Source: Oceanispirochaeta sp. (GTDB lineage Bacteria > Spirochaetota > Spirochaetia > DSM-2461). From it: a DNA stretch of 64,000 bases. Under the pieces are notes generated by a model. That model saw only the letters and a program-made list of their open reading frames with translations. It searched no databases and had not been told where the DNA came from. The DNA is taken from the NCBI GenBank assembly GCA_963663385.2, contig CAXXXD010000002.1, positions 1,248,001 through 1,312,000 on the forward strand, written 5' to 3'. Positions 9,383 through 19,118 of this stretch are shown here, in pieces. A program made the position numbers and the translations under genes. How positions within the stretch are numbered: the stretch's first letter is position 1; each line of letters starts with the position of its first letter.

Positions 9383-11143
9383 TCACTGGCAGAAATCATT
9401 GATCTGCTTTTTTATCATATTAAGGCTTCCCTGCCAGAATGCTTTATCCCTGATATTCAGTCCCGCAGCTGCGGCGCACTCTTCGGCAGAGGCCTTTCCT
9501 GTCATGGTCAGTACTTTTCTGTACAGGGGTTCAAAGTCGGATCCCATCTGTTCATAGAGGCTGTACAGACCCCATCCGAAAAGCAGCCCGAAAGCATAGG
9601 GGAAGTTGTAAAATCCCAGATCCTGACTGTAGTAGTGACCTTTCACCGCCCACATCCAGGGGTGCCGTTCTTCCGGATTCAGGGCATCCCCGTACGTCGC
9701 ATCCTGTGCCCGTAGCATCATGTCTTTCAGTTCCTCTGCGGGAATCTCGCCTTTCCCTCTTTTCTCCATCAACTCTTTTTCAAAAAGGAAGCGGGACAGA
9801 ATATCCGTGATTACCTGATTGGAATCGCTTAAGGTGCTTTCCAGTAGTCCTTCTTTTTCCGATGGTGCAGCCTTGGCGTAATAGGCCTGAAACACCAGGA
9901 TTTCCGAGAATATGGAGGCCGTCTCAGCCAGAGTCATGGGGTAGTCCCGATGCAGACCGGGGGCTTTTTTCAGAACCTCATGATGCCAGCCGTGTCCCAG
10001 TTCATGAGCTATGGTGGATACATCCGTAAAAGCACCGTCGAAGTTGGTCAGTATCCGGCTTTCCTCCTGCAAAGGAAAGCTTATACAGTACGCGCCGCCT
10101 ACTTTTCCATCCCTGGGGGGAGCGTCAATCCACCCGCCTTCGTAGGCTTTCCGGGCAAAATCGGAGTAGCTCCGGCTGAGAGATCCGAAATTTTCAATAA
10201 TAAAGTTCCGGGACTCCTCCCAGCTCCACTGCCTGGCATCGGAGCTCATGGGGGCTATAATGTCATACCAGGACAGTGATTCAAGATCCATCTTTCGGGC
10301 TTTTGATTTCATATAGCGGCGAAAGTCGGGAAGGCTGTCCTTCATGCTTTCGATCATGGCCTCCAGGGTTTCCGGGGCGATTCGTGCCTGAATGGTGGAG
10401 CGCTGCAGGGCGGATGTATACCCGCGGCGGGAGTTTATGGTATGGGCAAACCCCTTTACCCCGTTCAGGGCTGCCGCAAAGGAGGTTTCCGCAGACTCCC
10501 AGCACTTCAGCTCTGCCTGCCAGGCTTTCTTCCGGATATTCCGGTCCGGGTTGCTGCCCATCAGGCGCAGCTGTGTAACCGTTTTCCACTCTCCCTCTTC
10601 CCATTCTGTTTTCAGAGAGGAAGACAGGACTTCCTGAAGCCTTCCCCAGGCAGAGCCCCCCGACCGGGACAGGTCCGCAGCCAGATCCTCTTCGGCGGGA
10701 GACATCTGGTACTTCTGCTCTTCCAGGCTCTTCTCAAGAAAAAAAGTGAAATCCTTCAGTACAGGAGATTCTTTCCAGTCCTCCATTTCTGTTCCGCTTT
10801 CCGCCAATCTGTTATTAAACAGTACCATAGCCTGTTTCAGAGGGAGAGCCGCCTCTTCCAGGCGGTTCAGTTCGTTTATTGCTCTATTGTCATCTGTTTT
10901 TGTGGAATACCGGCAGTAGGTGTAGGATTCCAGGTTCTCATAAAGGTCAAAGGCCCTGTTGATCACGGGCAGAAGCGATTCCAGAGAGAAAACGGGGGAG
11001 TCTTTCCACAGAAAATCCTTCTGCAGGGTTTCTGTTGCAAGCCTGGTTTGCTCTTTCAGTTCCATAAAGTCATTATTAAAGGAAGTACATTCAAAATCCT
11101 CATACATGGAAAGTCGCCATTGGGACGGTTCCTGTCTATTCAT
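9383..11143 (-). CDS. M3 family oligoendopeptidase (PepF-like)
   Basis: HELGHGWH zinc motif, GKVGGAYC, LAETASIFSE, FYNFPYAFG. Confidence 0.92.
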   Translation of the reverse strand: MNRQEPSQWRLSMYEDFECTSFNNDFMELKEQTRLATETLQKDFLWKDSPVFSLESLLPVINRAFDLYENLESYTYCRYSTKTDDNRAINELNRLEEAALPLKQAMVLFNNRLAESGTEMEDWKESPVLKDFTFFLEKSLEEQKYQMSPAEEDLAADLSRSGGSAWGRLQEVLSSSLKTEWEEGEWKTVTQLRLMGSNPDRNIRKKAWQAELKCWESAETSFAAALNGVKGFAHTINSRRGYTSALQRSTIQARIAPETLEAMIESMKDSLPDFRRYMKSKARKMDLESLSWYDIIAPMSSDARQWSWEESRNFIIENFGSLSRSYSDFARKAYEGGWIDAPPRDGKVGGAYCISFPLQEESRILTNFDGAFTDVSTIAHELGHGWHHEVLKKAPGLHRDYPMTLAETASIFSEILVFQAYYAKAAPSEKEGLLESTLSDSNQVITDILSRFLFEKELMEKRGKGEIPAEELKDMMLRAQDATYGDALNPEERHPWMWAVKGHYYSQDLGFYNFPYAFGLLFGWGLYSLYEQMGSDFEPLYRKVLTMTGKASAEECAAAAGLNIRDKAFWQGSLNMIKKQINDFCQ

Positions 11144-11419
11144 TTTTATCTCCTATCTCCTGTTGGAGCAGTTGCGTTATCCTGTCAATAAAATCCGGAT
11201 CTTCGATCAGGATATATTCCTGGTTATCATGACTTACATCCTGACAAAAAGGGTTCCTTTTCACAAGTGTCTTTTGCTTTTTCCAAAGGGGCGGTTTACA
11301 CTTTTTTCTATATTAATTTGACAACTTGCCAAACTATTATTATTTTGTTATATATTAAAAATAATATATTAAGAAGTCTTTCGGGTAATGCCGTTAAAGA
11401 TAAAACAAGGAGGCCTGAT

Positions 11420-11776
11420 ATGGCTGAACATTTGACAAAGCAGGATTTTCTGAACAAGGTTTTTGATTTCGAGAATGAAAAAGAATGGAATTTCAAGGGG
11501 GATCTTCCCTGTATCATCGATTTTTATGCGGACTGGTGCGGTCCCTGTAAAATGGTGGCTCCCGTTCTGGATGAGCTTTCGGAAGAATTTACCGGTAAAA
11601 TGAATGTATATAAGGTAAATACGGAATCCGAACAGGAACTGGCGGGAGCCTTCGGTATTCAGAGTATACCTTCTCTTCTTTTCATACCCAAGGACGGAAA
11701 GCCCCAGATGGCTCAGGGCGCTCTTCCCAAAGACGGATTTCTTTCGGCCATGAAAGACGTTCTGGGTGTCGAATAA
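11420..11776 (+). CDS. trxA: Thioredoxin
   Basis: DFYADWCGPCK; start set to ATG 11420 after SD AAGGAGG. Confidence 0.93.
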   Translation: MAEHLTKQDFLNKVFDFENEKEWNFKGDLPCIIDFYADWCGPCKMVAPVLDELSEEFTGKMNVYKVNTESEQELAGAFGIQSIPSLLFIPKDGKPQMAQGALPKDGFLSAMKDVLGVE

Positions 11777-11831
11777 GCAAAAAAGCTAAAAACAGTTTTC
11801 TTTTAGCGGCCTTTAATGGATAATTATATTT

Positions 11832-14237
11832 ATGAAAGGTCGTTTTGTTTTAGTTTTTCTGCTGATCTCCCAGTATGCGTTCGGACAGGAGACCTATCCT
11901 TCTTCAGAGGAATGCCTAAATCTGATGCGGAAGGGAACGGTTTATGAGGTCGACTCCTTTTTGGTGAAGTATGAAGGGGAAACCCTTCTGGAAGGGGGAC
12001 TGGATGCCTGCCTGTATGAAGCGGCATTCTGGAATAGCGATCCTTCTGTTCTGGACTCTCTTTACTCAAGGGGGGCCGATCCCGACTCCCGTCAGGATTT
12101 CGAGCGGACTCCTCTGATGGCAGCAGCCAGGCATAACAGATCTCCTGTTGTAGAAAAACTGCTGGAACTTGGGGCTGATCCCGATCTGCAGGATCGAAAC
12201 GGGCAGACGGCGCTTCATTTCGCGGCAGCATTTGATAAAGAGGGAGATAATGTGCTTGCTCTCCTTCTCCGGAATGCTCCCTGTGGTATAAGGGATAATA
12301 CAGGAAGAACCCCTCTGGAACTGGCTCTGCTCAGAAGGCTATACAACCCGGCCAGACACCTGATTAAAACATCCTGTTACGCAGACCTGAACACCCTCCT
12401 TCCCTCCGGAAATTCGCTATATTCTCTTGTTTTCAGGATTGAGGAGACAGGACCGCGTGTCCTGCTGACAAATCTTCTTTTTCATCAGGGCGCTTCTCTG
12501 AATCTCCGAAACGGAGATGGATTAACACCTCTGGAAGAGGCGGAATCACTTGGTTTATCCCAGATTGTCCATGAGCTGGGCATTCTTAAGCAGAACCTGC
12601 AGGAGGACCTGTTTCTGGAGCTGCAGCTGTTTACGGATTCGGAACCTTCCTATGTAAGGGTCAAAGGCTTATTGGACCGGGGAGCCGATCCCCTTGGTTT
12701 GAACCGGGATAAACTGACGCCCTGTCAATTGGCCGTAATAGGGGGATATCCCGAAATACTCGCTTTGCTTATAACCTATCTGGACGGAAGGGCTCCCTTT
12801 GAATCCGGACTGCAGGATTTTAATGCGAATATGCCCTTTTTTGCGCTCTCTCATCCTCCGGAAACGGCCTATACCCTTATGCAAATCCTGCTGAATGAAG
12901 GGTATTCTCCCGATCTGACGGATCCTGACGGGAATCCCCTTGTAACAGAGAGCCTGTACAGTTCCCTGAACGTAACGGAAATGCTTCTAGAAGCCGGAGC
13001 CGATGCCAATGTCCGGGACAGTTACGGTGTTACGCCCCTTATGCGGGCGGGTTCTCTGGAATACGGATCGGAAGCTCTGGAACTGCTGATGGATTACGGC
13101 GCGGATATTGAGGCCGAGGATAAGGATGGATGGGATGTCCTTTTTTATACGGTCCTGTTTGGAGGAAACAGGGACGCCATACAGACCCTGATAGACAGGG
13201 GGGCTGATACGAATGCCCGTGACGGGTATGGATCCGGTATTATCCTGTGGGCTTCAGCCTATAATACGGATCCTTCCCTTCTTGCCTTTCTGGCCGGGAA
13301 GGGCGCCTCACTCGACAGCCGGGATAAGGACGGCTGGATACCTCTGATGGCAGCATTGAACTGGGGAAATGTTCCGGAAGTTGTGGAGTATCTCATTGAA
13401 CACACCCGGGACGGGAGGATTAAAGACGGAGCCGGCCGCTCTCTGAATACCGTTATAGAAATGTACTGTGAAAAAACAGACGGCGATGTGATGGCGTCTC
13501 TGGAATCCCTCTACCGGCGGCGGGTGTATCCGCCGGATAGCATCCCTTATGCCGATCTGGATCTGGCCCTGCATGAAACAGCGGAATGGGGCCGGGACCC
13601 CGCTATGGTGAGAACTCTTCTCGATGCGGGAGCCCATATGGGCTCAACAGATGAAAACGGCTGGACGGCTTTAATGAAAGCGTCTGCCTACAACAGCCCT
13701 TCCATGGTTGCGGCCTTCCTGGATGCAGGCAGTGATCCCCTCTATGCCGATGAACAGGGCTGGACGGCTCTGCATACGGCCTCCTGGTCGGATTTTCCCG
13801 AAACGGTTGATCTTCTTCTTGAGGGAGGGGGGGATGTCAACTTCAGAGACCGGGATGGCTGGACACCTTTTCATTGGGCCTCCCGGAATCAGGCACCTCT
13901 AGCGTCCCTGGAAAAGCTTATAAACGCCGGAGCAGATAAAGCCGCCCTGACAAAACGGGGAGAAAGCCCCCTTTTTCTGATGGCATCGGGATGGGTGGAA
14001 CCGGAAGCAGGGATCATTGAGCTGCTCCTGGAAGAGGACAGAGACGCGGATCAGGCGGATGACGATGGGGTGACGCCCCTGATGAAAGCGTCTGTTCTGG
14101 GCTATGAGGAAGCCGTAAGGGCTCTATTGGAGGCCGGCGCCGATCCCTACCGGGAGGACTCCTTCGGAAACAATGCTGTTGAGTATGCCGAATCGGAAAA
14201 TCTGGATAATATTGTCAATATCCTGAGAACCTATTGA
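11832..14237 (+). CDS. Exported ankyrin repeat protein
   Basis: Signal peptide then many G-x-TPL/TAL...LL..GAD repeats across 801 aa. Confidence 0.88.
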   Translation: MKGRFVLVFLLISQYAFGQETYPSSEECLNLMRKGTVYEVDSFLVKYEGETLLEGGLDACLYEAAFWNSDPSVLDSLYSRGADPDSRQDFERTPLMAAARHNRSPVVEKLLELGADPDLQDRNGQTALHFAAAFDKEGDNVLALLLRNAPCGIRDNTGRTPLELALLRRLYNPARHLIKTSCYADLNTLLPSGNSLYSLVFRIEETGPRVLLTNLLFHQGASLNLRNGDGLTPLEEAESLGLSQIVHELGILKQNLQEDLFLELQLFTDSEPSYVRVKGLLDRGADPLGLNRDKLTPCQLAVIGGYPEILALLITYLDGRAPFESGLQDFNANMPFFALSHPPETAYTLMQILLNEGYSPDLTDPDGNPLVTESLYSSLNVTEMLLEAGADANVRDSYGVTPLMRAGSLEYGSEALELLMDYGADIEAEDKDGWDVLFYTVLFGGNRDAIQTLIDRGADTNARDGYGSGIILWASAYNTDPSLLAFLAGKGASLDSRDKDGWIPLMAALNWGNVPEVVEYLIEHTRDGRIKDGAGRSLNTVIEMYCEKTDGDVMASLESLYRRRVYPPDSIPYADLDLALHETAEWGRDPAMVRTLLDAGAHMGSTDENGWTALMKASAYNSPSMVAAFLDAGSDPLYADEQGWTALHTASWSDFPETVDLLLEGGGDVNFRDRDGWTPFHWASRNQAPLASLEKLINAGADKAALTKRGESPLFLMASGWVEPEAGIIELLLEEDRDADQADDDGVTPLMKASVLGYEEAVRALLEAGADPYREDSFGNNAVEYAESENLDNIVNILRTY

Positions 14238-14270
14238 TCCGGCCAGGGGGGATCCTCTGTCGTTTATTAA

Positions 14271-15257
14271 TTACTTTCTGCACTCTTTCCTTAACTGGTG
14301 GATCAAGGCAAGAGATTTCACACCATCCTTGTAGGAGGAAACAGCAGATGCTTCCGGGTCCCTGCAGAGTTTTACCGCATCCTGAAGCATCCCGGAAAAG
14401 TAGGCTGTCTTTCCTATGGGATCAACCGGCACAGGGTAAAGGGAGCGCATATTTTCATAGAATGTGGAAGGACGGCTCTCCCACTCTTCGTATATACCGT
14501 TTCCTATGCGGATCCTTCCTTCCGTAAAGGACAGTTCCAGTTCAAAAACCAGATGGTCCCTCGAATTCCCGAACTCACAGAACACAGAAACCTCTCCGCT
14601 CTCGGCTTCGGCATGCAGACTGTGCCCGGCCCCCGAGGGTTTCAGTACTCTGAGGTTTGTCAGGGGGACTCCGGTTAGAAAGGGGATTATATCCAGCATG
14701 TGAGTCCCGTCATGAAGGAGGATGCTTTTTACCGGGTGTTTCATCCCCATATAGAGCCTTCCGCTGACAGAGAGCAGGTCACCATAGGTCCTATTTCCTA
14801 TATGCTTCCGGACACGGAGGTAGTCGGCGGAATAACGCCTTTCATGGTTTACCACAACACGTGTCAGGCCCAGCTTGTTCTCCATTTTTCTGGCCCGGCG
14901 GAGGCTGTCGCTGACAGGTTTTTCCAGAATAACAACAGGAACTTTCGCTTTGACGGCCAGCGCAAGGTATTCCAGATGGGAATCCTCATGAGTCGCTATG
15001 TGCAGTATATCCGGCTTTTTTTCTTTAAGCAGGGAGGGGGCGTCGGAAAAGAGATCTTTTTCCCTATCCAGGTTCCACTGTCTGGCAAATTCCGTGCGGG
15101 CTTCCAGGCTTATGTCAAACCCGCCGCAGATTTCCGTATCAGGGCAGGCATAAACGGCCCCTGCATGGGAGGCCGGTTTCTCCCGGAGCGTATCGTTTTC
15201 CAGGGTGGAGGCAATCCGGCCCAGCCCGATAAGGGCGCATTGAATTTTCTGGCTCAT
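14271..15257 (-). CDS. Gfo/Idh/MocA family oxidoreductase
   Basis: ALIGLGRIA, LEKP, NHERRY, HDGTHMLD. Confidence 0.88.
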   Translation of the reverse strand: MSQKIQCALIGLGRIASTLENDTLREKPASHAGAVYACPDTEICGGFDISLEARTEFARQWNLDREKDLFSDAPSLLKEKKPDILHIATHEDSHLEYLALAVKAKVPVVILEKPVSDSLRRARKMENKLGLTRVVVNHERRYSADYLRVRKHIGNRTYGDLLSVSGRLYMGMKHPVKSILLHDGTHMLDIIPFLTGVPLTNLRVLKPSGAGHSLHAEAESGEVSVFCEFGNSRDHLVFELELSFTEGRIRIGNGIYEEWESRPSTFYENMRSLYPVPVDPIGKTAYFSGMLQDAVKLCRDPEASAVSSYKDGVKSLALIHQLRKECRK

Positions 15258-15321
15258 CCTTTCATTTTCGGGAGAAAACTGTCCCTACTCAAGGCATCTT
15301 CCTATTCCACGTTTTCCCGGT

Positions 15322-15336
15322 TATGCTTAACCCATG
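15322..15336 (+). promoter_or_regulatory. Probable leaderless promoter of srkA
   Basis: TATGCT 15322-15327, 6 nt, ATG 15334; no SD. Confidence 0.5.
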
Positions 15337-16317
15337 AATGAAAAAGCTATCCCCGATTTTCAGGACCTTACTCCGGACAGGATTATCCATGCCGTGGAAT
15401 CCCACAGTGAATTAAAACTGACCGGACTGACCAGTCCGCTTCCCAGTTATATTAACAGGGTCTATGAGCTGCAGACGGAAGAGGGAGAACGCTATGTTGT
15501 AAAATTCTACCGCCCGGGCCGCTGGACTCCGGAGGCTCTTGCGGAAGAGCATGATTTTATGGAGGACTGCTATGATATGGATATTCCCGTGGCAGTTCCG
15601 GAAATCCTGAAAAGCAATGACACACTGGGCTGTACGGAAGAGGGAATCTACTTTGCGCTTTTTCCAAAAATGGGCGGTCGTCTCTGGGAATTCCGGGGAG
15701 ATGAGGAACAGTGGTTTCGTCTGGGGCAGCTTCTGGGGCGGATGCATACCGCCGGAGCCAGGGAGAAAGCGGTCCACAGACCTGTGTTGTCACCGGATGG
15801 AACTTTTTTAAGGGACAGCCATGAAATCCTGGAGAAGGGCTGGGTTACATCTTCCTATCGAAAGGATTTTGAGAAAATCACGACAGGAATTCATGATCTG
15901 ATTACCCCTCTTCTGAAAGATGAACCCCTGCTGCGGATCCACGGGGATTTTCACTGTGGAAATATCCTTGACCGGATGGAGGAGGGGCTGATGCTGATCG
16001 ATTTTGACGATATGGCGACCGGCCCGGCTGCTCAGGATATCTGGCTGCTCCTCCCCGGTTCGGCTGCCGAATGCCGCAGAGAGTTTTTTATGTTTCTGGA
16101 CGGTTATCAGGAGTTCCGCTTTATCTTTCCCGATGTGATCCGGCAGATTGAGCCCCTCCGGGCTATGCGGATGGTATACTACATGGCCTGGTGCGGCCGG
16201 CAGAAGGATGATTACCGTTTCCGTCACAACTTTCCCGACTGGGGAAGTGATTCTTTCTGGGAAAGGGAGATCCGGGATCTGAGGAACCAGATGCAGGAGA
16301 TCCTGGATTTTGAATAA
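15334..16317 (+). CDS. srkA: Stress response Ser/Thr kinase SrkA/RdoA
   Basis: SYINRVY, KFYRPGRW, EEHDF, RIHGDFHCGNIL, DFDD, GPAAQDIW, EPLRAMR. Confidence 0.88.
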   Translation: MNEKAIPDFQDLTPDRIIHAVESHSELKLTGLTSPLPSYINRVYELQTEEGERYVVKFYRPGRWTPEALAEEHDFMEDCYDMDIPVAVPEILKSNDTLGCTEEGIYFALFPKMGGRLWEFRGDEEQWFRLGQLLGRMHTAGAREKAVHRPVLSPDGTFLRDSHEILEKGWVTSSYRKDFEKITTGIHDLITPLLKDEPLLRIHGDFHCGNILDRMEEGLMLIDFDDMATGPAAQDIWLLLPGSAAECRREFFMFLDGYQEFRFIFPDVIRQIEPLRAMRMVYYMAWCGRQKDDYRFRHNFPDWGSDSFWEREIRDLRNQMQEILDFE

Positions 16318-16337
16318 ACCCGGCTGAAAGTGAAAAA

Positions 16338-16772
16338 TTAATCAATCATTTGCGATAAAATCCTGACTGAAGTTTTTATTGCCAGAGGGCATGTGCTGTT
16401 AAACAAGTCTTTTTTCAGTATGTCTTCCCTCTGGTCCGGTATAGAGGGATCCAGCCCCAGAATTTCACGGCAAATGATACTGGATTGGGTTTTCCTGAAT
16501 TCCTCATGAAAACTTTGCACAAGTTTGTTTGTCTTTTCTTTGGCTTCCGGATTCATTACAGTTCCATAACCGTATTTCTGGCCTATTGCAAGAACAGCTC
16601 CGGATACAGCGCCACAGATTTCCCCGGTTTTAACTCCGCCGCCGAGCCCGGATGCTACCTTCATTGCTGTATTTCTGTCTAACCCGAGATCATCGCAGAA
16701 TGCTCCGAGAACAGCCTGAGCGCAGTTGAAGCCATTGCTGAAAAGTTCTATAGCTCTATTTTCTTTGTTCAT
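16338..16772 (-). CDS. C-GCAxxG-C-C family putative redox protein
   Basis: GFNCAQAV, GEICGAVSG, ICREILG, C-terminal Cys. Confidence 0.88.
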   Translation of the reverse strand: MNKENRAIELFSNGFNCAQAVLGAFCDDLGLDRNTAMKVASGLGGGVKTGEICGAVSGAVLAIGQKYGYGTVMNPEAKEKTNKLVQSFHEEFRKTQSSIICREILGLDPSIPDQREDILKKDLFNSTCPLAIKTSVRILSQMID

Positions 16773-16807
16773 GATTCATTATTAATAGAATTTCAGTACT
16801 ATGTCAA
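16770..16807 (-). promoter_or_regulatory. Sigma70-type promoter, probably leaderless
   Basis: TTGACA-17 nt-TAATAA-6 nt-ATG on the minus strand. Confidence 0.55.
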
Positions 16808-16847
16808 AAGGCTGACGACGGAATGTGTGTCTTCACCGGTTTGTGAG

Positions 16848-16876
16848 TTGACTTTTTATACGAGTTTGATCATATT
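16848..16876 (+). promoter_or_regulatory. Sigma70-type promoter of the thrS leader
   Basis: TTGACT-17 nt-CATATT just before T-box stem I. Confidence 0.55.
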
Positions 16877-16884
16877 AAACTCAA

Positions 16885-17190
16885 AGCCCAGACGGAGACG
16901 AGTAACAGAACCTCCGGATTACCAGAGAAGCGGCCCCTCGGCTGGAAGGCTGCCATTCCGGATTCTGTGAAAACCACTCCCGAGCTGCTCCCCGAAATGG
17001 ATAATTCCTTTGGAATGATCCGTAGTAGACGGAGACGAGATCCCGCGTTAAAGGAGAGCTAAGCGCACGGCCGTATGGAAAAACTAGCGGCAGTGAAGTA
17101 AGGTGGTACCGCGGAGAGCCCTTTTGTTCTTCGTCCTTATGCTGAAATTTAATTTTTAGTAGCAGGACGGCGAGTAAAAGGGTTTTTTTA
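16885..17190 (+). ncRNA. T-box riboswitch (Thr, ACC specifier) with terminator
   Basis: AGAGA and GCTG distal motifs; specifier loop GAAAACCA (ACC at 16973-16975); AGTA stem II; AAGGTGGTACCGCG at 17100-17113; terminator CCCTTTT...AAAAGGGTTTTTTT. Confidence 0.9.
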
Positions 17191-17218
17191 TGTCCCGTCC
17201 TCGTACCGGAGGTACATT

Positions 17219-18973
17219 ATGACCAGTAAAGAGAAGAAGAAACTGGAAAAACTGGAGATGATGCGTCACTCCATGGCTCATGTCATGGCCGGCGCTGTTC
17301 TGAAAATGATGCCCGAAGCCAAATTCGCTATCGGTCCGTCTATCGACAACGGTTTTTATTACGATTTCGATCTGCCCCGCAAGCTGACAAACGAAGATCT
17401 GGAAAAGATTGAAGAGGGAATGAAAGAGATTATCAGGGAAGGAGTCCCTTTTGAACGGGAAGTCCTTAACCGGGATGAAGCTCTGGATCAGTTCAAAAAT
17501 CAGCCCTATAAGGTCGAATTGATTAACGAACTCCCCGAACATGAAGAGATAACCATCTATAAAATGGGGCACCATTTTACCGATCTCTGCCGCGGCCCCC
17601 ATGTTGAAGATACCAGCCGGCTTAATGCGCAGGGGTTTAAACTCCTCTCCATTGCCGGAGCCTACTGGCGGGGAGATGAAAAACGCCCCATGCTTCAGAG
17701 AATTTACGCTACCGCATTCGGCGACGGCAAAGCCCTGAAGGCTCACCTGGAGTTTTTGGAAGAGATGGAGAAACGCGACCATAGAAGGGTCGGAAAAGAA
17801 CTGGATCTATTCTCCCTGCATGAAGAAGCAGGCCCCGGACTGGTCTACTGGCACCCCAAGGGAGCCCGGATGAGGGTAACCATTGAAGATTTCTGGAGAA
17901 AAGAGCACTACAAGAACGGTTATGATATGGTCTTTACTCCCCATGTCGGTAAATCCTGGCTGTGGGAAACCTCCGGTCACCTGGATTTTTACAAAGAGGG
18001 GATGTATCCCAATATGGTTATGGATAATGTGGATTACTATACCAAACCCATGAACTGCCCCTTCCATATCATGATCTACAACAACGGAAAGCACTCCTAT
18101 AAGGAGCTTCCCTTCCGCTGGGCCGAACTGGGAACCGTATACCGTTATGAACGGTCCGGAACCCTTCATGGCCTTCTTCGGGTAAGGGGATTTACCCAGG
18201 ATGATGCCCACCTGATCTGTACACCCGATCAGATGCAGAGTGAAATCTCCGAAGTCCTGAGATTCAGTCTTTTTATGCTTCGTTCCTTTGGTTTCGAAAA
18301 CATCTCCGCTTACCTTTCAACCATGCCGGAAAAAAGTGTGGGAGAAAAAGACAGGTGGGATGCGGCAACCGAATCCCTCAGAAAGGCTATTGAGGATGAG
18401 GGCCTTGAATACAAGGTTGACGAAGGGGGCGGTGCTTTCTACGGTCCCAAAATCGACCTGAAAGTAAAAGACACCATGGGAAGGGAGTGGCAGCTTTCTA
18501 CGGTTCAGTTTGACTTCAACCTTCCCGAACGCTTTGATATGACCTTTGTAGACAGTGATGGTGTGGAAAAGCGACCCTATGTTATTCATAGAGCACTGCT
18601 TGGTTCCATCGAACGGTTCTTCGGTGTGCTGATTGAGAATTACGGCGGAGCTTTTCCGGTCTGGCTGGCTCCCGTTCAGGTTAAGGTCGTTCCGGTAAGC
18701 AACAAGTTTGACGACTATGCCAGAGAGGTGGAAAAAGCTCTCAGACAGGCGGAAATCCTTGTGGAAGGCGACTATTCTGATGACAGAATGAATGCCAAGA
18801 TACGTAATGCCCAGAACAAAAAGATTCCCTATATGCTTGTTGTCGGGGAGAAAGAGATGAATGAAAAGGCTGTCAGTATCCGTGTCAGAACGGGAGAGCA
18901 GACAAACGGAGTTCCTCTTGATGATGCAATCAGACTGATTCTGGAGAAAATTGAGAAGAAGGAAATGCCCTGA
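17219..18973 (+). CDS. thrS: Threonine--tRNA ligase
   Basis: RHSMAH, DLCRGPHV, GAYWRGDE, KPMNCPFH, RVRGFTQDDAH, FYGPKID, IHRA. Confidence 0.97.
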   Translation: MTSKEKKKLEKLEMMRHSMAHVMAGAVLKMMPEAKFAIGPSIDNGFYYDFDLPRKLTNEDLEKIEEGMKEIIREGVPFEREVLNRDEALDQFKNQPYKVELINELPEHEEITIYKMGHHFTDLCRGPHVEDTSRLNAQGFKLLSIAGAYWRGDEKRPMLQRIYATAFGDGKALKAHLEFLEEMEKRDHRRVGKELDLFSLHEEAGPGLVYWHPKGARMRVTIEDFWRKEHYKNGYDMVFTPHVGKSWLWETSGHLDFYKEGMYPNMVMDNVDYYTKPMNCPFHIMIYNNGKHSYKELPFRWAELGTVYRYERSGTLHGLLRVRGFTQDDAHLICTPDQMQSEISEVLRFSLFMLRSFGFENISAYLSTMPEKSVGEKDRWDAATESLRKAIEDEGLEYKVDEGGGAFYGPKIDLKVKDTMGREWQLSTVQFDFNLPERFDMTFVDSDGVEKRPYVIHRALLGSIERFFGVLIENYGGAFPVWLAPVQVKVVPVSNKFDDYAREVEKALRQAEILVEGDYSDDRMNAKIRNAQNKKIPYMLVVGEKEMNEKAVSIRVRTGEQTNGVPLDDAIRLILEKIEKKEMP

Positions 18974-19003
18974 TCTTATTCTGAAATATACAGTTATTCA
19001 ACG

Positions 19004-19031
19004 AACGGGACCCTGCAGGGTCCCGTTTTTT
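19004..19031 (+). terminator. Intrinsic terminator after thrS
   Basis: Perfect 24-bp palindrome AACGGGACCCTGCAGGGTCCCGTT plus T tract. Confidence 0.85.
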
Positions 19032-19118
19032 ATGGATTTATGCTTCTGAATCAGAAGATTCGGTTCGATAATGAGAGGGACGGGGTTCCATGCTCACATC
19101 CCCTGGAGAAAAATAAAA

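Noticed and set aside
11267..11419. N-terminal extension of thioredoxin (similar extensions for ispH, MATE, MltD, omptin)
   Set aside because: Longest-ORF artefacts; SD position, signal peptides or family starts favour downstream ATGs
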